Shown here: positions 9,733-19,311 of the stretch, in pieces | Numbering within the stretch: the stretch's first letter is position 1 | Layout: each line of letters opens with the position of its first letter | Source: Candidatus Marinacidobacterium sp. | Lineage (GTDB): Bacteria > Acidobacteriota > Vicinamibacteria > Marinacidobacterales > Marinacidobacteraceae | DNA: 64,000 bases | Assembly: GCA_965220965.1 (NCBI GenBank) | Contig: OZ244852.1 | Coordinates: forward strand, 1,280,001-1,344,000 | Reading direction: 5' to 3' | Position numbers and translations under genes: made by a program | The notes under the pieces: model-generated | Database searches by the model: none | The model's input: only the letters and a program-made list of their open reading frames with translations | Told to the model about the DNA's origin: nothing

Positions 9733-12700
9733 ATGCGTCCCCCGGCCCCCCTCCCCTGTCTCCTTCTCCTCGCGCTCCTCGTCCCCGCCGGCGCCAGCGG
9801 CCAGAGCCCGTTCGACGCGCTCCGCTGGCGGCACATCGGCCCGGTCGGGAACCGGGTCTCCGCGGTCGCGGGGGTACCCGGCCAGCCGAACACCTACTAC
9901 TTCGGCGCCGCCTCGGGAGGCGTCTTCCGCTCGGACGACGCCGGGATCCAGTGGACCCCGATCTTCGACGACCAGCCGGTTCTCTCGATCGGCGCGCTCG
10001 CGGTCTCCGCCGCCGACCCGAACGTGGTGTGGGCGGGGACCGGAGAGGCCCACATCCGCAGCAACGTCTCGCTCGGCAACGGGGTCTACCGCTCGACCGA
10101 CCGGGGGGACACCTGGACCCACACCGGGCTCGAGGCCACGGGCCGGATCTCGCGCATCGCCACCCATCCGGACGACCCGGACATCGCCTGGGTCGCGGCG
10201 CTCGGCCACCTCTACGGGCCGCAGGAGGAGCGGGGGGTGTTTCGCACGACCGACGGCGGGGCCACCTGGGAGCGGGTCCTGTTCGTGGACGAGAACACCG
10301 GGGCCTCCGCGATCGTGGTCAGCCCCGCGAATCCCCGCCTCCTGTTCGCGGGCATGTGGCAGATGCGGATCTGGACGTGGGGCCGGGAGAGCGGGGGCCC
10401 GGGGAGCGGCGTCTTCCGCTCCGCCGACGGGGGGGACACCTGGGAGCGCCTCGAGGGGAACGGCCTGCCCGCCAGCCCGCTCGGCAAGATCGACCTCGCG
10501 ATGACCCCGGCGGACCCCCGCCGGATTTACGCGCTGATCGAGACGAGCTCGAACGAGGCGTTCTCCCCCATCCGGCCCGAGGACGACGGGAGCCTGTGGC
10601 GCTCCGACGACGGCGGCGACGCCTGGACCCTGGTGAACCGGGATCACACCCTGATGCAGCGGCCGCACTACTACACCCGGGTGGTGGCCGCCCCGGACGA
10701 CGCCGACGAGGCCCACTTCCTCGCCACCCGCCACACCACGACGACCGACGGCGGCGTCACGACCTGGCTGAACAACTCCGGCGGGGACCACCACGACATG
10801 TGGATCGCCCCCGACCAGCCCGACCGCATGATCGTGGGACACGACGGCGGGGTCAGCATCTCGACCAACCGGGGCGAGACGTGGCATCGCCCCCGGTTGC
10901 CGATCGCCCAGATGTACCACGTCTACACCGACCACGAGATCCCGTACCGGGTCATGGGGAACCGTCAGGACGGCCCCTCCTCGCGGGGACCGTCGAACAG
11001 CCTCACCCCGGGCCCCATCCCGATCGGGGCGTGGGCCCCGGTGGGCGGCTGCGAGTCGGGGTTCGCCGTCCCCGATCCGACCGACTCCGGCGTCATCTGG
11101 TCCGGCTGCTTCGAGGGGATCCTCGAGCGCTACGAGGACGCCACCGGCCAGGCGCGCAACGTGAGCGTGTGGCCCGACAATCCCGAGGGCTGGGCGGCGG
11201 CGGAGCTCCGGGACCGCTTCCAGTGGACCTTCCCGATCCACATCTCCCCGCATGACCCGGATCGCGTCTACGCCGGGAGCCAGCGGGTCCACCAGACGAC
11301 GAACGGCGGGCAGTCGTGGACCGCGATCAGCCCCGACCTCACGACCGACGACCCGGCGCTCCAGCAGAAGACCGGCGGGCTCACCTTCGACGACGTGAGC
11401 CCGACCTACGCCGCCGTGCTCTTCTCGATCGCCGAATCACCCCACACCGAAGGCGTCCTGTGGGCGGGGAGCAACGACGGGAAGGTCCACGTCTCCCGGA
11501 ACGGGGGCGAGACCTGGGAGGACGTGTCCTTGAACCTTCCCGACCTTCCCCCGCTCGGGACCTTCTCGAACATCGAGCCCTCCCGGTTCGCCGCCGGCAA
11601 GGCGTATGCGACGGTGGACCTCCACCAGCTCGGGGACAACAAGACCTACGCTTACGCCACCAACGACTTCGGCGCGAGCTGGCGGCGGCTCGGCGCCGAT
11701 CTGCCGCAGCACACCCACAGCTACGCGCACACGATCCGCGAGGATCCGGAGCGTCCGGGGCTGCTGTTTCTCGGGACCGAGAACGCGGTGTTCGTCTCGT
11801 TCGACGACGGCGAGACCTGGGAATCGCTCCAGACGAACCTCCCCCACGCCCCGGTCCACTGGCTCACGATCCAGGAGCGTTTCTCGGACCTGGTGGCCGC
11901 CACCTACGGCCGGGGGTTCTGGATCCTCGACGACATCTCCCCGCTGCGCGAGTGGCCGGAGGCGGCTTCCGGCGACCGCCCGCACCTGTTCGCGCCGCGC
12001 GAAGCCTGGCGATTCCGCATGCGCCCCTCGCCGATGAGCCAGCCGGAAGACCCGGGCGCTGGCGAGAACCCGCCCTACGGGGCGACGATCCACTACCGGC
12101 TCGCCGAGGCGGAGTCCGACGGCGTGTCCATCGAGATCGTGGATTCGTCGGACGAGGTGGTCCGGACGCTGCGCGGGGGCGCCTCCGCCGGACTCCACCG
12201 GGTGGTCTGGAACCTGCGCAACGAGCCGACCCGGCGGCCGCGCCTGAGGACGCCGCCGCTGGACAGCCCGCACCAGGTGCTTCCGGCGCGGGGCTTCCGG
12301 CTCCTCACCGAATCGCGGCCGGTGGCCACGCTGATGCCGCCCGGCGACTACTCGGTGCGGCTGCGCGCCGGGGCCTCGACCGTGGAGCGGCCACTCGTGG
12401 TCCACGCGGACCCCGAAGCCCCCGCGCAGGGGGCGGAGATCGCCGGACAGGTGGAAACGCTCCTGCGAATCCAGGCGATGGTCGCCGAGGTCGGCGACAT
12501 GATCGAGGAGATCGAATGGCTGCGGAAGCAGACGGCCGAACGGCGGGCGCTCGGAACCGCGCTCGCGACCGGCGTCGGGACGGCCGCCGGGGAATACGAC
12601 AGCGCGCTGCGCGAGCTGGAGGCGCGCCTCTTCGAGCTCCGTCTCACCGGCGGGAACGCCGGGCAGGACACCCTCCGCTGGCCGAGGCGCCTCCACGCCA

Positions 12701-12909
12701 AGCTCTCGAGCCTCCACGGCTACATCGGCGGGAGCGACCACCGCCCCACGGACCAGCACCTCGAAGTGCTCGCGCTCTACGAAGCGGAGCTCGAGGACAC
12801 CCTGCAGGTGCTGGAACAGCTCGCCGGCGACGAACTCCAGGCGTTCAACAGCCACCTCTCGGACGCCGACCTGCCGCCGGTCGTCCGGGCGGTTCCGGGG
12901 AGCCCGTAG
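9733..12909 (+). CDS. Secreted BNR/Asp-box (VPS10/sortilin-like) beta-propeller glycosyl hydrolase
   Basis: Signal peptide, LRWRHIGP, many SxDxGxTW Asp-box repeats, DHHDMWI, and a C-terminal coiled coil. Confidence 0.85.
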   Translation: MRPPAPLPCLLLLALLVPAGASGQSPFDALRWRHIGPVGNRVSAVAGVPGQPNTYYFGAASGGVFRSDDAGIQWTPIFDDQPVLSIGALAVSAADPNVVWAGTGEAHIRSNVSLGNGVYRSTDRGDTWTHTGLEATGRISRIATHPDDPDIAWVAALGHLYGPQEERGVFRTTDGGATWERVLFVDENTGASAIVVSPANPRLLFAGMWQMRIWTWGRESGGPGSGVFRSADGGDTWERLEGNGLPASPLGKIDLAMTPADPRRIYALIETSSNEAFSPIRPEDDGSLWRSDDGGDAWTLVNRDHTLMQRPHYYTRVVAAPDDADEAHFLATRHTTTTDGGVTTWLNNSGGDHHDMWIAPDQPDRMIVGHDGGVSISTNRGETWHRPRLPIAQMYHVYTDHEIPYRVMGNRQDGPSSRGPSNSLTPGPIPIGAWAPVGGCESGFAVPDPTDSGVIWSGCFEGILERYEDATGQARNVSVWPDNPEGWAAAELRDRFQWTFPIHISPHDPDRVYAGSQRVHQTTNGGQSWTAISPDLTTDDPALQQKTGGLTFDDVSPTYAAVLFSIAESPHTEGVLWAGSNDGKVHVSRNGGETWEDVSLNLPDLPPLGTFSNIEPSRFAAGKAYATVDLHQLGDNKTYAYATNDFGASWRRLGADLPQHTHSYAHTIREDPERPGLLFLGTENAVFVSFDDGETWESLQTNLPHAPVHWLTIQERFSDLVAATYGRGFWILDDISPLREWPEAASGDRPHLFAPREAWRFRMRPSPMSQPEDPGAGENPPYGATIHYRLAEAESDGVSIEIVDSSDEVVRTLRGGASAGLHRVVWNLRNEPTRRPRLRTPPLDSPHQVLPARGFRLLTESRPVATLMPPGDYSVRLRAGASTVERPLVVHADPEAPAQGAEIAGQVETLLRIQAMVAEVGDMIEEIEWLRKQTAERRALGTALATGVGTAAGEYDSALRELEARLFELRLTGGNAGQDTLRWPRRLHAKLSSLHGYIGGSDHRPTDQHLEVLALYEAELEDTLQVLEQLAGDELQAFNSHLSDADLPPVVRAVPGSP

Positions 12910-12929
12910 GCGGGCCCCCCCGCGACGGC

Positions 12930-14819
12930 TCAGCCCGCGAGCTTCTCTTCGAGGAGCCCGCGGGCGATCATCGTGAAGTCGTGCTCGGTGACGATCCCCA
13001 CCAGGTGGCCGTCGTGGACCACCGGCAGGCAGCCGATGCCGCGCCGGTTCATCAGCCGGATCGCGTCCGCGGAGAGCGTCGAGGGGCCGATCGTGACGAG
13101 GTCGGTCTTCATGACGTCGCGGACCGGGAGGGTGGCGTCCGCGTCGAGCTCCCGTTCGGCGACCAGCTTGATGATCGTGCGGTAGGAGACGAGCCCCACG
13201 AGCTCGCCGTCCTCCTCGACCGGGATGTGGCGGATCCGGCCCCAGTCCATCAGGACCGCGGCCCGCTGGACCGATTCGTCGGGATGGACGGTGCGAAGGT
13301 CGTGGGTCATGAACTGCTCGACGCGCAGGTAGTGGTGCCGCCAGCCTCCGGAGTCCCGCAGGCGGGGCGGATCCCACTGGTGGACCGGAATCCCCTCGCC
13401 CTGGAGACGGCGGGCGGCGCCGGTGATCGCGCTCAACCGCTCCGATTCGGAGGCCTGGAGCCGCAGGGTCTCGAACCCCTCGAGCATCCAGCTTGCTCCC
13501 GAGCGTCCGCTCCGGACCCGCTCCTCGATGATCCCGAGATAGTGGTCGGTCTCTGACGATCCGACGCCCTTGCGCGCCAGCCCTTCGCGCGCCCGGGGGA
13601 TCAGGTCCTCGAGGAGCAGGTCGCGGGCGCGCCACTGGGCGCCGTCGAGCCAGGTCAGCTCGGCCTTCAGGCCGAAGCGGCTGGCCGCCCGGAAGTTCTC
13701 GGCCGCATCCTGAAACGGCATCGCCTCGCTGGGCTCGACCTCGTCCGCGGCGAGGGCGCTCATCAACCCGAGCCACAGCGCCATGTTCGCGACCTGGTCG
13801 GGGATCGAGGGGCCGCTTGGCAGGTAGCGGCTCTCGATCCGCAGGTGCGGCTTGCCGTCGGTGATGCCGTAGCAGGGCCGGTTCCAGCGCCAGACGGTGC
13901 CGTTGTGGAGGGTCAGCGCGGAGAGCGCCGGCGGGTCGGCCTCCTCATCGGGTTCCCCGGCGTCGAGGAGCACCGGGTGGTGCGCGATGTTGTCCTGGAG
14001 GATCTCGATGACGCCGCCGGTGACCCAGTCCCGGCCGAAGGCCCCCCGGGGACGGCGCTGGCGGACGTTGGGCCCGGCCTCGCGGGTGTCCAGACTCTGT
14101 TCGAAGAGGCCGATCCGCGTCTCCCGCCACAGCCGTCGCCCGAACAGCAGCGGTGAGTTCACCGCGCAGGCGAGGACCGGCGCGGTCACGACCTGGGCGA
14201 GGTTGTAGAGGCGGCTGAACTCGTCCGCCCCCACCTGCAGGTGGATCTGGAAGCTCGCGTTGCAGGCCTCCAGCATGACGTTGTCGTGCGTCGCCCGGAT
14301 GTCGTCGGCGCCCGTCAGGTGGACGGTGTAGGGCCGGTTCTTCCGCAGACGGGCGAGCGCTTCGTCCAGCACCCGGTAGCGCGGCAACGGGGTCATGTTC
14401 TCGAGCGTCATGTCCGAGAGCCGGAGCGTGGGCAGGATCCCGGTGAGGCAGACGTCCACCCCGACCCGTTGCGCCGCCTCCGCCGCGAGGGTCAGCGCCT
14501 CCTCGAGCCGCGCCTCGGTGGCGGTGAGGAGTCCCTCGCCGAGGTGCATCGGCGGGAGGTTGGCCTCCAGATTGAACCGCGCGATTTCCGTCGTGAACGC
14601 CGGGTTGTCGAGCTCCTCGAGGACCTCCATCGCCTTCGGCGCCGGACGGTGGCCGTCGTCGATCAGGAACATCTCCTGCTCGACGCCGACGCGGTAGACG
14701 TTCTCTTCGATCTTCCCCTCGCGGATCATCTCCGCGAGCCGGCGCAAGTCCTTGAAGAGCCGGACCTCGAATCGACGAAGCTCCTCGCCCGAGACCGCTC
14801 GCGCGTCGAGCCTTCCCAT
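12930..14819 (-). CDS. Glutamate--cysteine ligase family 2 (GCS2) protein with a C-terminal CBS pair
   Basis: VGVEQEMFL, TTEIARFNLEAN, SFQIHLQV, NSPLLFGRRLW, WRWNRPCY and HLRIESRYLPSGP, followed by two CBS repeats. Confidence 0.85.
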   Translation of the reverse strand: MGRLDARAVSGEELRRFEVRLFKDLRRLAEMIREGKIEENVYRVGVEQEMFLIDDGHRPAPKAMEVLEELDNPAFTTEIARFNLEANLPPMHLGEGLLTATEARLEEALTLAAEAAQRVGVDVCLTGILPTLRLSDMTLENMTPLPRYRVLDEALARLRKNRPYTVHLTGADDIRATHDNVMLEACNASFQIHLQVGADEFSRLYNLAQVVTAPVLACAVNSPLLFGRRLWRETRIGLFEQSLDTREAGPNVRQRRPRGAFGRDWVTGGVIEILQDNIAHHPVLLDAGEPDEEADPPALSALTLHNGTVWRWNRPCYGITDGKPHLRIESRYLPSGPSIPDQVANMALWLGLMSALAADEVEPSEAMPFQDAAENFRAASRFGLKAELTWLDGAQWRARDLLLEDLIPRAREGLARKGVGSSETDHYLGIIEERVRSGRSGASWMLEGFETLRLQASESERLSAITGAARRLQGEGIPVHQWDPPRLRDSGGWRHHYLRVEQFMTHDLRTVHPDESVQRAAVLMDWGRIRHIPVEEDGELVGLVSYRTIIKLVAERELDADATLPVRDVMKTDLVTIGPSTLSADAIRLMNRRGIGCLPVVHDGHLVGIVTEHDFTMIARGLLEEKLAG

Positions 14820-14888
14820 GGGGCGGCGATTCTACGGGGGCGCGCGCCGCGGCGTCAGGACGCGGCGGAAGTACGGATGCCGGCGGTG

Positions 14889-15659
14889 TCAGCCGCCGGC
14901 CGGATCCGGGGACGCTCCGTTGACGATGCGGCCGTCGAGCAGATGGACCGTCCGGTCGGCGCGATCGGCGTAGCGGGGGTCGTGGGTGACCATGCAGATC
15001 GTCGCGCCGGTCTCGTGGAGCGCGTCCAGCATGTCCATGACCTCGGACCCGTTCTGCGAGTCGAGGTTCCCGGTGGGCTCGTCGGCGAGCAGGATGGACG
15101 GCTCCCCGACGACCGCCCGCGCGACCGCGGCGCGCTGCTGCTGGCCGCCGGACAACTGCGAGGGGTAGTGCTTCGCCCGGTGGGACATCCCCACCCGCTC
15201 GAGCGCCGCCTCGGTGCGCCGCTTCCGTTCGGGACCGGGCGTACCCCGGTAGACAAGGGGCAGCTCCACGTTGTCGAAGACGCTCAGGTCCCCGATCAGG
15301 TTGAACGCCTGGAAGATGAAGCCGACTTCCCGGTTCCGGATCCGGGCGCGCTCGGTGAGCCCCAGGTTGGCCACCGAGCGGCCATTCAGCAGGTACTCGC
15401 CGGCGTTCGGCGTGTCGAGGAGCCCCAGGATCGAGAGCAGCGTGGACTTGCCGCAGCCCGAGGGTCCCGCGATCGCGACGTACTCGCCGCGGTCGAAGCG
15501 CAGGCTCACGCCGGAGAGGGCGTGGGTCTCCACCTCGTCGGTGGTGAAGATCCGGCTGATGCCGTTCAACTGGATGACCGGTTCGGCCACGACTCCTCCT
15601 TCGCCGTCCTTCGGGGACGGGCTGCTGGCGCGGTCTCGGTCGTCATCCGGAGTCATCAT
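14889..15659 (-). CDS. ABC transporter ATP-binding protein, MacB/LolD type
   Basis: GPSGCGKST, LSGGQQQR, LLADEPTGNLD and MVTHD motifs. Confidence 0.95.
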   Translation of the reverse strand: MMTPDDDRDRASSPSPKDGEGGVVAEPVIQLNGISRIFTTDEVETHALSGVSLRFDRGEYVAIAGPSGCGKSTLLSILGLLDTPNAGEYLLNGRSVANLGLTERARIRNREVGFIFQAFNLIGDLSVFDNVELPLVYRGTPGPERKRRTEAALERVGMSHRAKHYPSQLSGGQQQRAAVARAVVGEPSILLADEPTGNLDSQNGSEVMDMLDALHETGATICMVTHDPRYADRADRTVHLLDGRIVNGASPDPAGG

Positions 15660-16909
15660 CGGAGCCGGATGCGGTCGAACCCCTCCCAGGGAGAGGCGTC
15701 GGAAAGTACCACCGAATCCCCCTCGGAGAGCCCTTCCACGACCTCCACCAGGTTCACCGAAGCCCTCCCGAGCCGGACCGGGGTGCGCACCGCGTGTTCC
15801 CCGTCCGGCGCGAGCCGGAAGAGCTCCACCGTGTCTCCCTCCTGGCCGAAGGCCGGGCGCCCCACGTGGACCACATCGGCGAGCCGGGCGATCTCGACGA
15901 GCCCGTCCACCGAGAGATCGCTGCGCGCGCCTCGCGGGAGTTCCCCCCGAAGCGCGACATCCACGGTAACCGCCCCGTCAGTCACTGCGGGGTCCACCCG
16001 GGTCACGTCGCCGGGGACGATGCCGTCGCGGGTGTCCACCCGGACCGCCTGGCCGACCTCGATGTCCTTGGCCTGCACCTCGGCGATCCGGAGCTCGGCC
16101 TTCAGGCGGGTGGGCTCCGCCACCCGGGCCAGGTCGTCCCCGACCCGCACCTGCTGGCCGGCTTCGACCCGGATCTCCTGGATGACGCCCCGGATCCCGG
16201 CGCGGACCGCGAGCCGCGCCACGTCCTCCCTCCGCTGTTCGGCCACGGCGCGGAGCCGCTCCACCCCGGCCTCCTCCGCTTCCATCCCGGCCGCCGCCGT
16301 CGCCTCGGCGAGCCGCAACCGTTCGGCTTCGCGGGCGGCCCGGGTCGCAAGCTCCTCGGCGGCGCTCACGCTGTCCTCGAGCGCGATCCGCCCGATGATG
16401 CCCTCGGCGTGGATCTCGCGGTCCGCCTCGGCGTCGAGGGCGGCCTGGCGCGCCTCGGCCTCGACGGAAGCGAGCACCGACCGCTGGGTCAGCACCTGGC
16501 GCCGGAGCTGGACGCGGCGGTCGTCGAGGTTCGCCTCGGCGGCGGCGAGTTCGAGCTCGGCGCTCTCGAGCTGCTGTGTCGCCTCGGGGTTCTCGAGCGT
16601 GAGGATGACGCTGTCCGCCTCGACGGCGGTCCCCGGCGGGGCGTGGACCCGGGTGACCCGGCCACCCACCGAGGCGGCGATCCGGCGCTCGTCCACCGGG
16701 ACGAGGGTTCCCGGTCCGCGAACGCTCAGCACCATCTCCCCCCGCCGGACGCTGTCGATGAAGACGGTGTCCCGCTCCACCAGCGGGACCGCGGGGTCGA
16801 GGCCGAGCGTGAAGGCGACGAGCGCGGCGAGCGCAAGCGCGCCGGCGCCGCCCAGCAGGAACTGCCGGCGGCGACGAAGTTCGCGGACGCCCTCGCGCTT
16901 TACGTCCAT
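15656..16909 (-). CDS. Efflux membrane-fusion (HlyD/MacA-type) periplasmic adaptor
   Basis: Start MDVKREG at ATG 16909; TM anchor, VRGPGTLVP, lipoyl-like halves around a coiled coil, and VEVVEGLSEGDSVVLSD. Confidence 0.88.
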   Translation of the reverse strand: MDVKREGVRELRRRRQFLLGGAGALALAALVAFTLGLDPAVPLVERDTVFIDSVRRGEMVLSVRGPGTLVPVDERRIAASVGGRVTRVHAPPGTAVEADSVILTLENPEATQQLESAELELAAAEANLDDRRVQLRRQVLTQRSVLASVEAEARQAALDAEADREIHAEGIIGRIALEDSVSAAEELATRAAREAERLRLAEATAAAGMEAEEAGVERLRAVAEQRREDVARLAVRAGIRGVIQEIRVEAGQQVRVGDDLARVAEPTRLKAELRIAEVQAKDIEVGQAVRVDTRDGIVPGDVTRVDPAVTDGAVTVDVALRGELPRGARSDLSVDGLVEIARLADVVHVGRPAFGQEGDTVELFRLAPDGEHAVRTPVRLGRASVNLVEVVEGLSEGDSVVLSDASPWEGFDRIRLR

Positions 16910-16923
16910 GGCCTGACCGCTGT

Positions 16924-18942
16924 TCAACGCCGCGCGCCGGGAGACGTTCCCGGACCGCGGGCGCGCGCCCCACCCGGGTCGCCCTCGGCGTCGGTGGCGG
17001 GGACGGTCGGCGGGACGATGGGCTGGCTCCCGAGCAGCGAGCGTCCCGGCAGGTCGGGGTCGGTCGGCATCCCCAACAGATCGAGCGCGGTGGGGACGAC
17101 GTCGAGCGCACTGGCCCGGGGCCAGCGCGAACCCGGCGCGATGCGGGGGCCCCACGCCCCGAGCACGCCGAGCATGTCGCGCCGCGTCGGCAGGTAGCCG
17201 TGGTTCCCGGCGGGGAGCGCCGGCTCGACGACCGCGGCCCCGGGAAGCGCCGACGCCACCCAGCCCGGCGCGAGGATGGGGAACAGGTCTCCGGTGGAGT
17301 CCCCTCCGGGCTGCACCGGTCCGTCCGCCGACTCGGTGACGAAACCGGTCACGATGCGCGCCCCATCCGGCCCCCGGATCGCGAGCAGCGCCTCGCGCGC
17401 CTGGTCCAGGACTTCGGCCTCCTCAGCGGGCGGGACGATGCCGCCGGGCCGCGCCGAGCGGTTCACCGCGACGCTGCCGTCGGCGGTCGTCAGCAGCATG
17501 GCGCGCGTGCGGCTCAGGTCGGGAAGCCCGTCCTCGCCGAACGCGAGCAGTCCGGCGCGCTCGAGCGCCTCGTTCAGGTGAACGCGGCGGTCGGTCCCCG
17601 CCATGCCGTGGTCGCTGACCACCAGCACGTGGCCTCCGGAGTCCCAGGCCATGTTGAGCATCCGTCCCAGAACCCGGTCCACGTCTTCGAATACCCGGGC
17701 GAGGACCGGCCACAGGTGGGAAGCGAGCTCCGGGTCGTGGGAGCGGAGGGCCTCGTCGAGGTAGCCGACGAGCAGGTGCCCGGCTTCGTCGGCGATCCCC
17801 ATGTAGAGCGCGATCAGGTCCTGGTCGGGAATCTGCGCCGCCGCCGCCAGTTGGTCGAGGGTTATGTCCCGGACGAGGGCGGAGATCTCGAGGAGCCGCT
17901 CTTCGGCGGTCCCGTCGCCCCCATCAAGGCGCGTCGGACCCAGCCGGCCCGAGACGTAGTCGGGGAGGCCCAGGGTGCGCGGCCAGGAGGGCGAGCCGAG
18001 GCGCGCGGTCCAGTCGCCGGCGGACCAACCGTCCGCCGGATGAAGGCCCACCTCGCTGGCGCCGCTCCGATACACGAGGAAGCGCGCGGGGGAGGAGGCG
18101 TCCCCCGGATCCGCGGCGAACGCCCGGACCTGGAACTCCACCCGCCCGCCGGCGACATCCGCCTGCGCGCCGACCGGGACCGAGAAGCCGCCCCCGGGCC
18201 CCACCGCGGCCCGGGCGAGGAACACCGGCGGTTCGGGGGCCGGGTCGGGCAGGACGCCGAAGGTGTCCCATCCCTCCCCGGCAAGCATCGGATCCTCGAG
18301 GAACACGCCGAGGTAGCTGCTTCCCGCCACCTGGAAGCGGAACGCGGCTTCGAGCCCGCCCGGGACCTCCTCTGGCGGCAGCAGGGGATTCCGCTCCTCG
18401 CTGAGCACCGCCGGGTTCAGCCGGAGGTCCCCGAACCCGGTCAGGATCGCGACCCGCTCCCGGTCGGGAGGGTCGAGCCGCGCGAGAGCGGCGTCGAGCG
18501 GCCAGGTGTGCGTCGTGTGGAGCGCCACCGCCCGTCCCCCGGCGCGCGCCACCCGGATCCACAGCGGATCCTCGCGCAGGATCTCCGACGAGAACCCGCT
18601 CACCGTGTCCAGCAGCGAATGCGACTCCGGAGGCAGCGCGAGCACCGAGTTGCCTGTGATGCCGTTCTTCCGTCCCGGATACCCGGTCCAGAGCATGGCG
18701 AACGAGGGCGCCGTCTTGGACGGGAAGGCGGTGACCATCCCGTCGGCGAGCGCCCCCTCGTCGCGGACCCGGGCGAAGTTGGGCAGCCGCCCCTCGCGCA
18801 GGAAACGGAGCACGATTTCGTGAGCGCCGCCATCGACCGCGAGGACGAAGAGCTGCTCCGCGGATCCGGCCGGCGCCGCGAGCGTGGCGCACAGGAACAC
18901 GCCGGCGAGCGCGGTTCCGGCCCCCGCGCCGCGCCTCGTCAT
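16924..18942 (-). CDS. Alkaline phosphatase superfamily phosphodiesterase / nucleotide pyrophosphatase
   Basis: Signal peptide, VLAVDGG, FPSKTAPSF..LWTG (Thr nucleophile), DEAGH, VVSDHGM and GNHG. Confidence 0.85.
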   Translation of the reverse strand: MTRRGAGAGTALAGVFLCATLAAPAGSAEQLFVLAVDGGAHEIVLRFLREGRLPNFARVRDEGALADGMVTAFPSKTAPSFAMLWTGYPGRKNGITGNSVLALPPESHSLLDTVSGFSSEILREDPLWIRVARAGGRAVALHTTHTWPLDAALARLDPPDRERVAILTGFGDLRLNPAVLSEERNPLLPPEEVPGGLEAAFRFQVAGSSYLGVFLEDPMLAGEGWDTFGVLPDPAPEPPVFLARAAVGPGGGFSVPVGAQADVAGGRVEFQVRAFAADPGDASSPARFLVYRSGASEVGLHPADGWSAGDWTARLGSPSWPRTLGLPDYVSGRLGPTRLDGGDGTAEERLLEISALVRDITLDQLAAAAQIPDQDLIALYMGIADEAGHLLVGYLDEALRSHDPELASHLWPVLARVFEDVDRVLGRMLNMAWDSGGHVLVVSDHGMAGTDRRVHLNEALERAGLLAFGEDGLPDLSRTRAMLLTTADGSVAVNRSARPGGIVPPAEEAEVLDQAREALLAIRGPDGARIVTGFVTESADGPVQPGGDSTGDLFPILAPGWVASALPGAAVVEPALPAGNHGYLPTRRDMLGVLGAWGPRIAPGSRWPRASALDVVPTALDLLGMPTDPDLPGRSLLGSQPIVPPTVPATDAEGDPGGARARGPGTSPGARR

Positions 18943-19083
18943 GGCCGGAAACCCTACCCGAGCAACGCGGCGCGGGAGGGCCCTTCCGGGGCTTTCCGCC
19001 GCCCCCGGATCCGCCTTCGCGGCGCCCGATTCCTGTCCGGCATCCGCCCAATTCGGCCGGGATCCACCGGATCAGGCTGCTAG

Positions 19084-19299
19084 CAGCCCGTTGACAAAGT
19101 TCCGCGGCCCGGTTCTCCCGGTAGGGGCTCGAGCGGCGATGGCCCCCACCGGGAGGACTGGCCCCGCCCGAATCACGCCCCTTCGGGGCGCTCGTCGTTG
19201 CGTTTCGCTCGGAATATTCCCGATATTCCTCGCTCACGCGCCTTGTCGGCCGGGCGCCTCACCGCTCTCGGCGCTGCACGCGACTTCATCAACGGGCTG
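19084..19299. mobile_element. MITE-like non-autonomous element, 216 bp, with 17-bp terminal inverted repeats and a CTAG target duplication
   Basis: Left end CAGCCCGTTGACAAAGT (19084-19100) versus the reverse complement of the right end CAGCCCGTTGATGAAGT (19283-19299), 15/17 identical. CTAG flanks both sides (19080-83, 19300-03). Internal hairpins, no transposase. Confidence 0.8.
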
Positions 19300-19311
19300 C
19301 TAGGATGAATC

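Noticed and set aside
9622-11292. Apparent 556-aa N-terminal extension of ClpC (1397-aa ORF)
   Set aside because: It is antisense to the BNR hydrolase. ClpC homology starts at GTG 9621.
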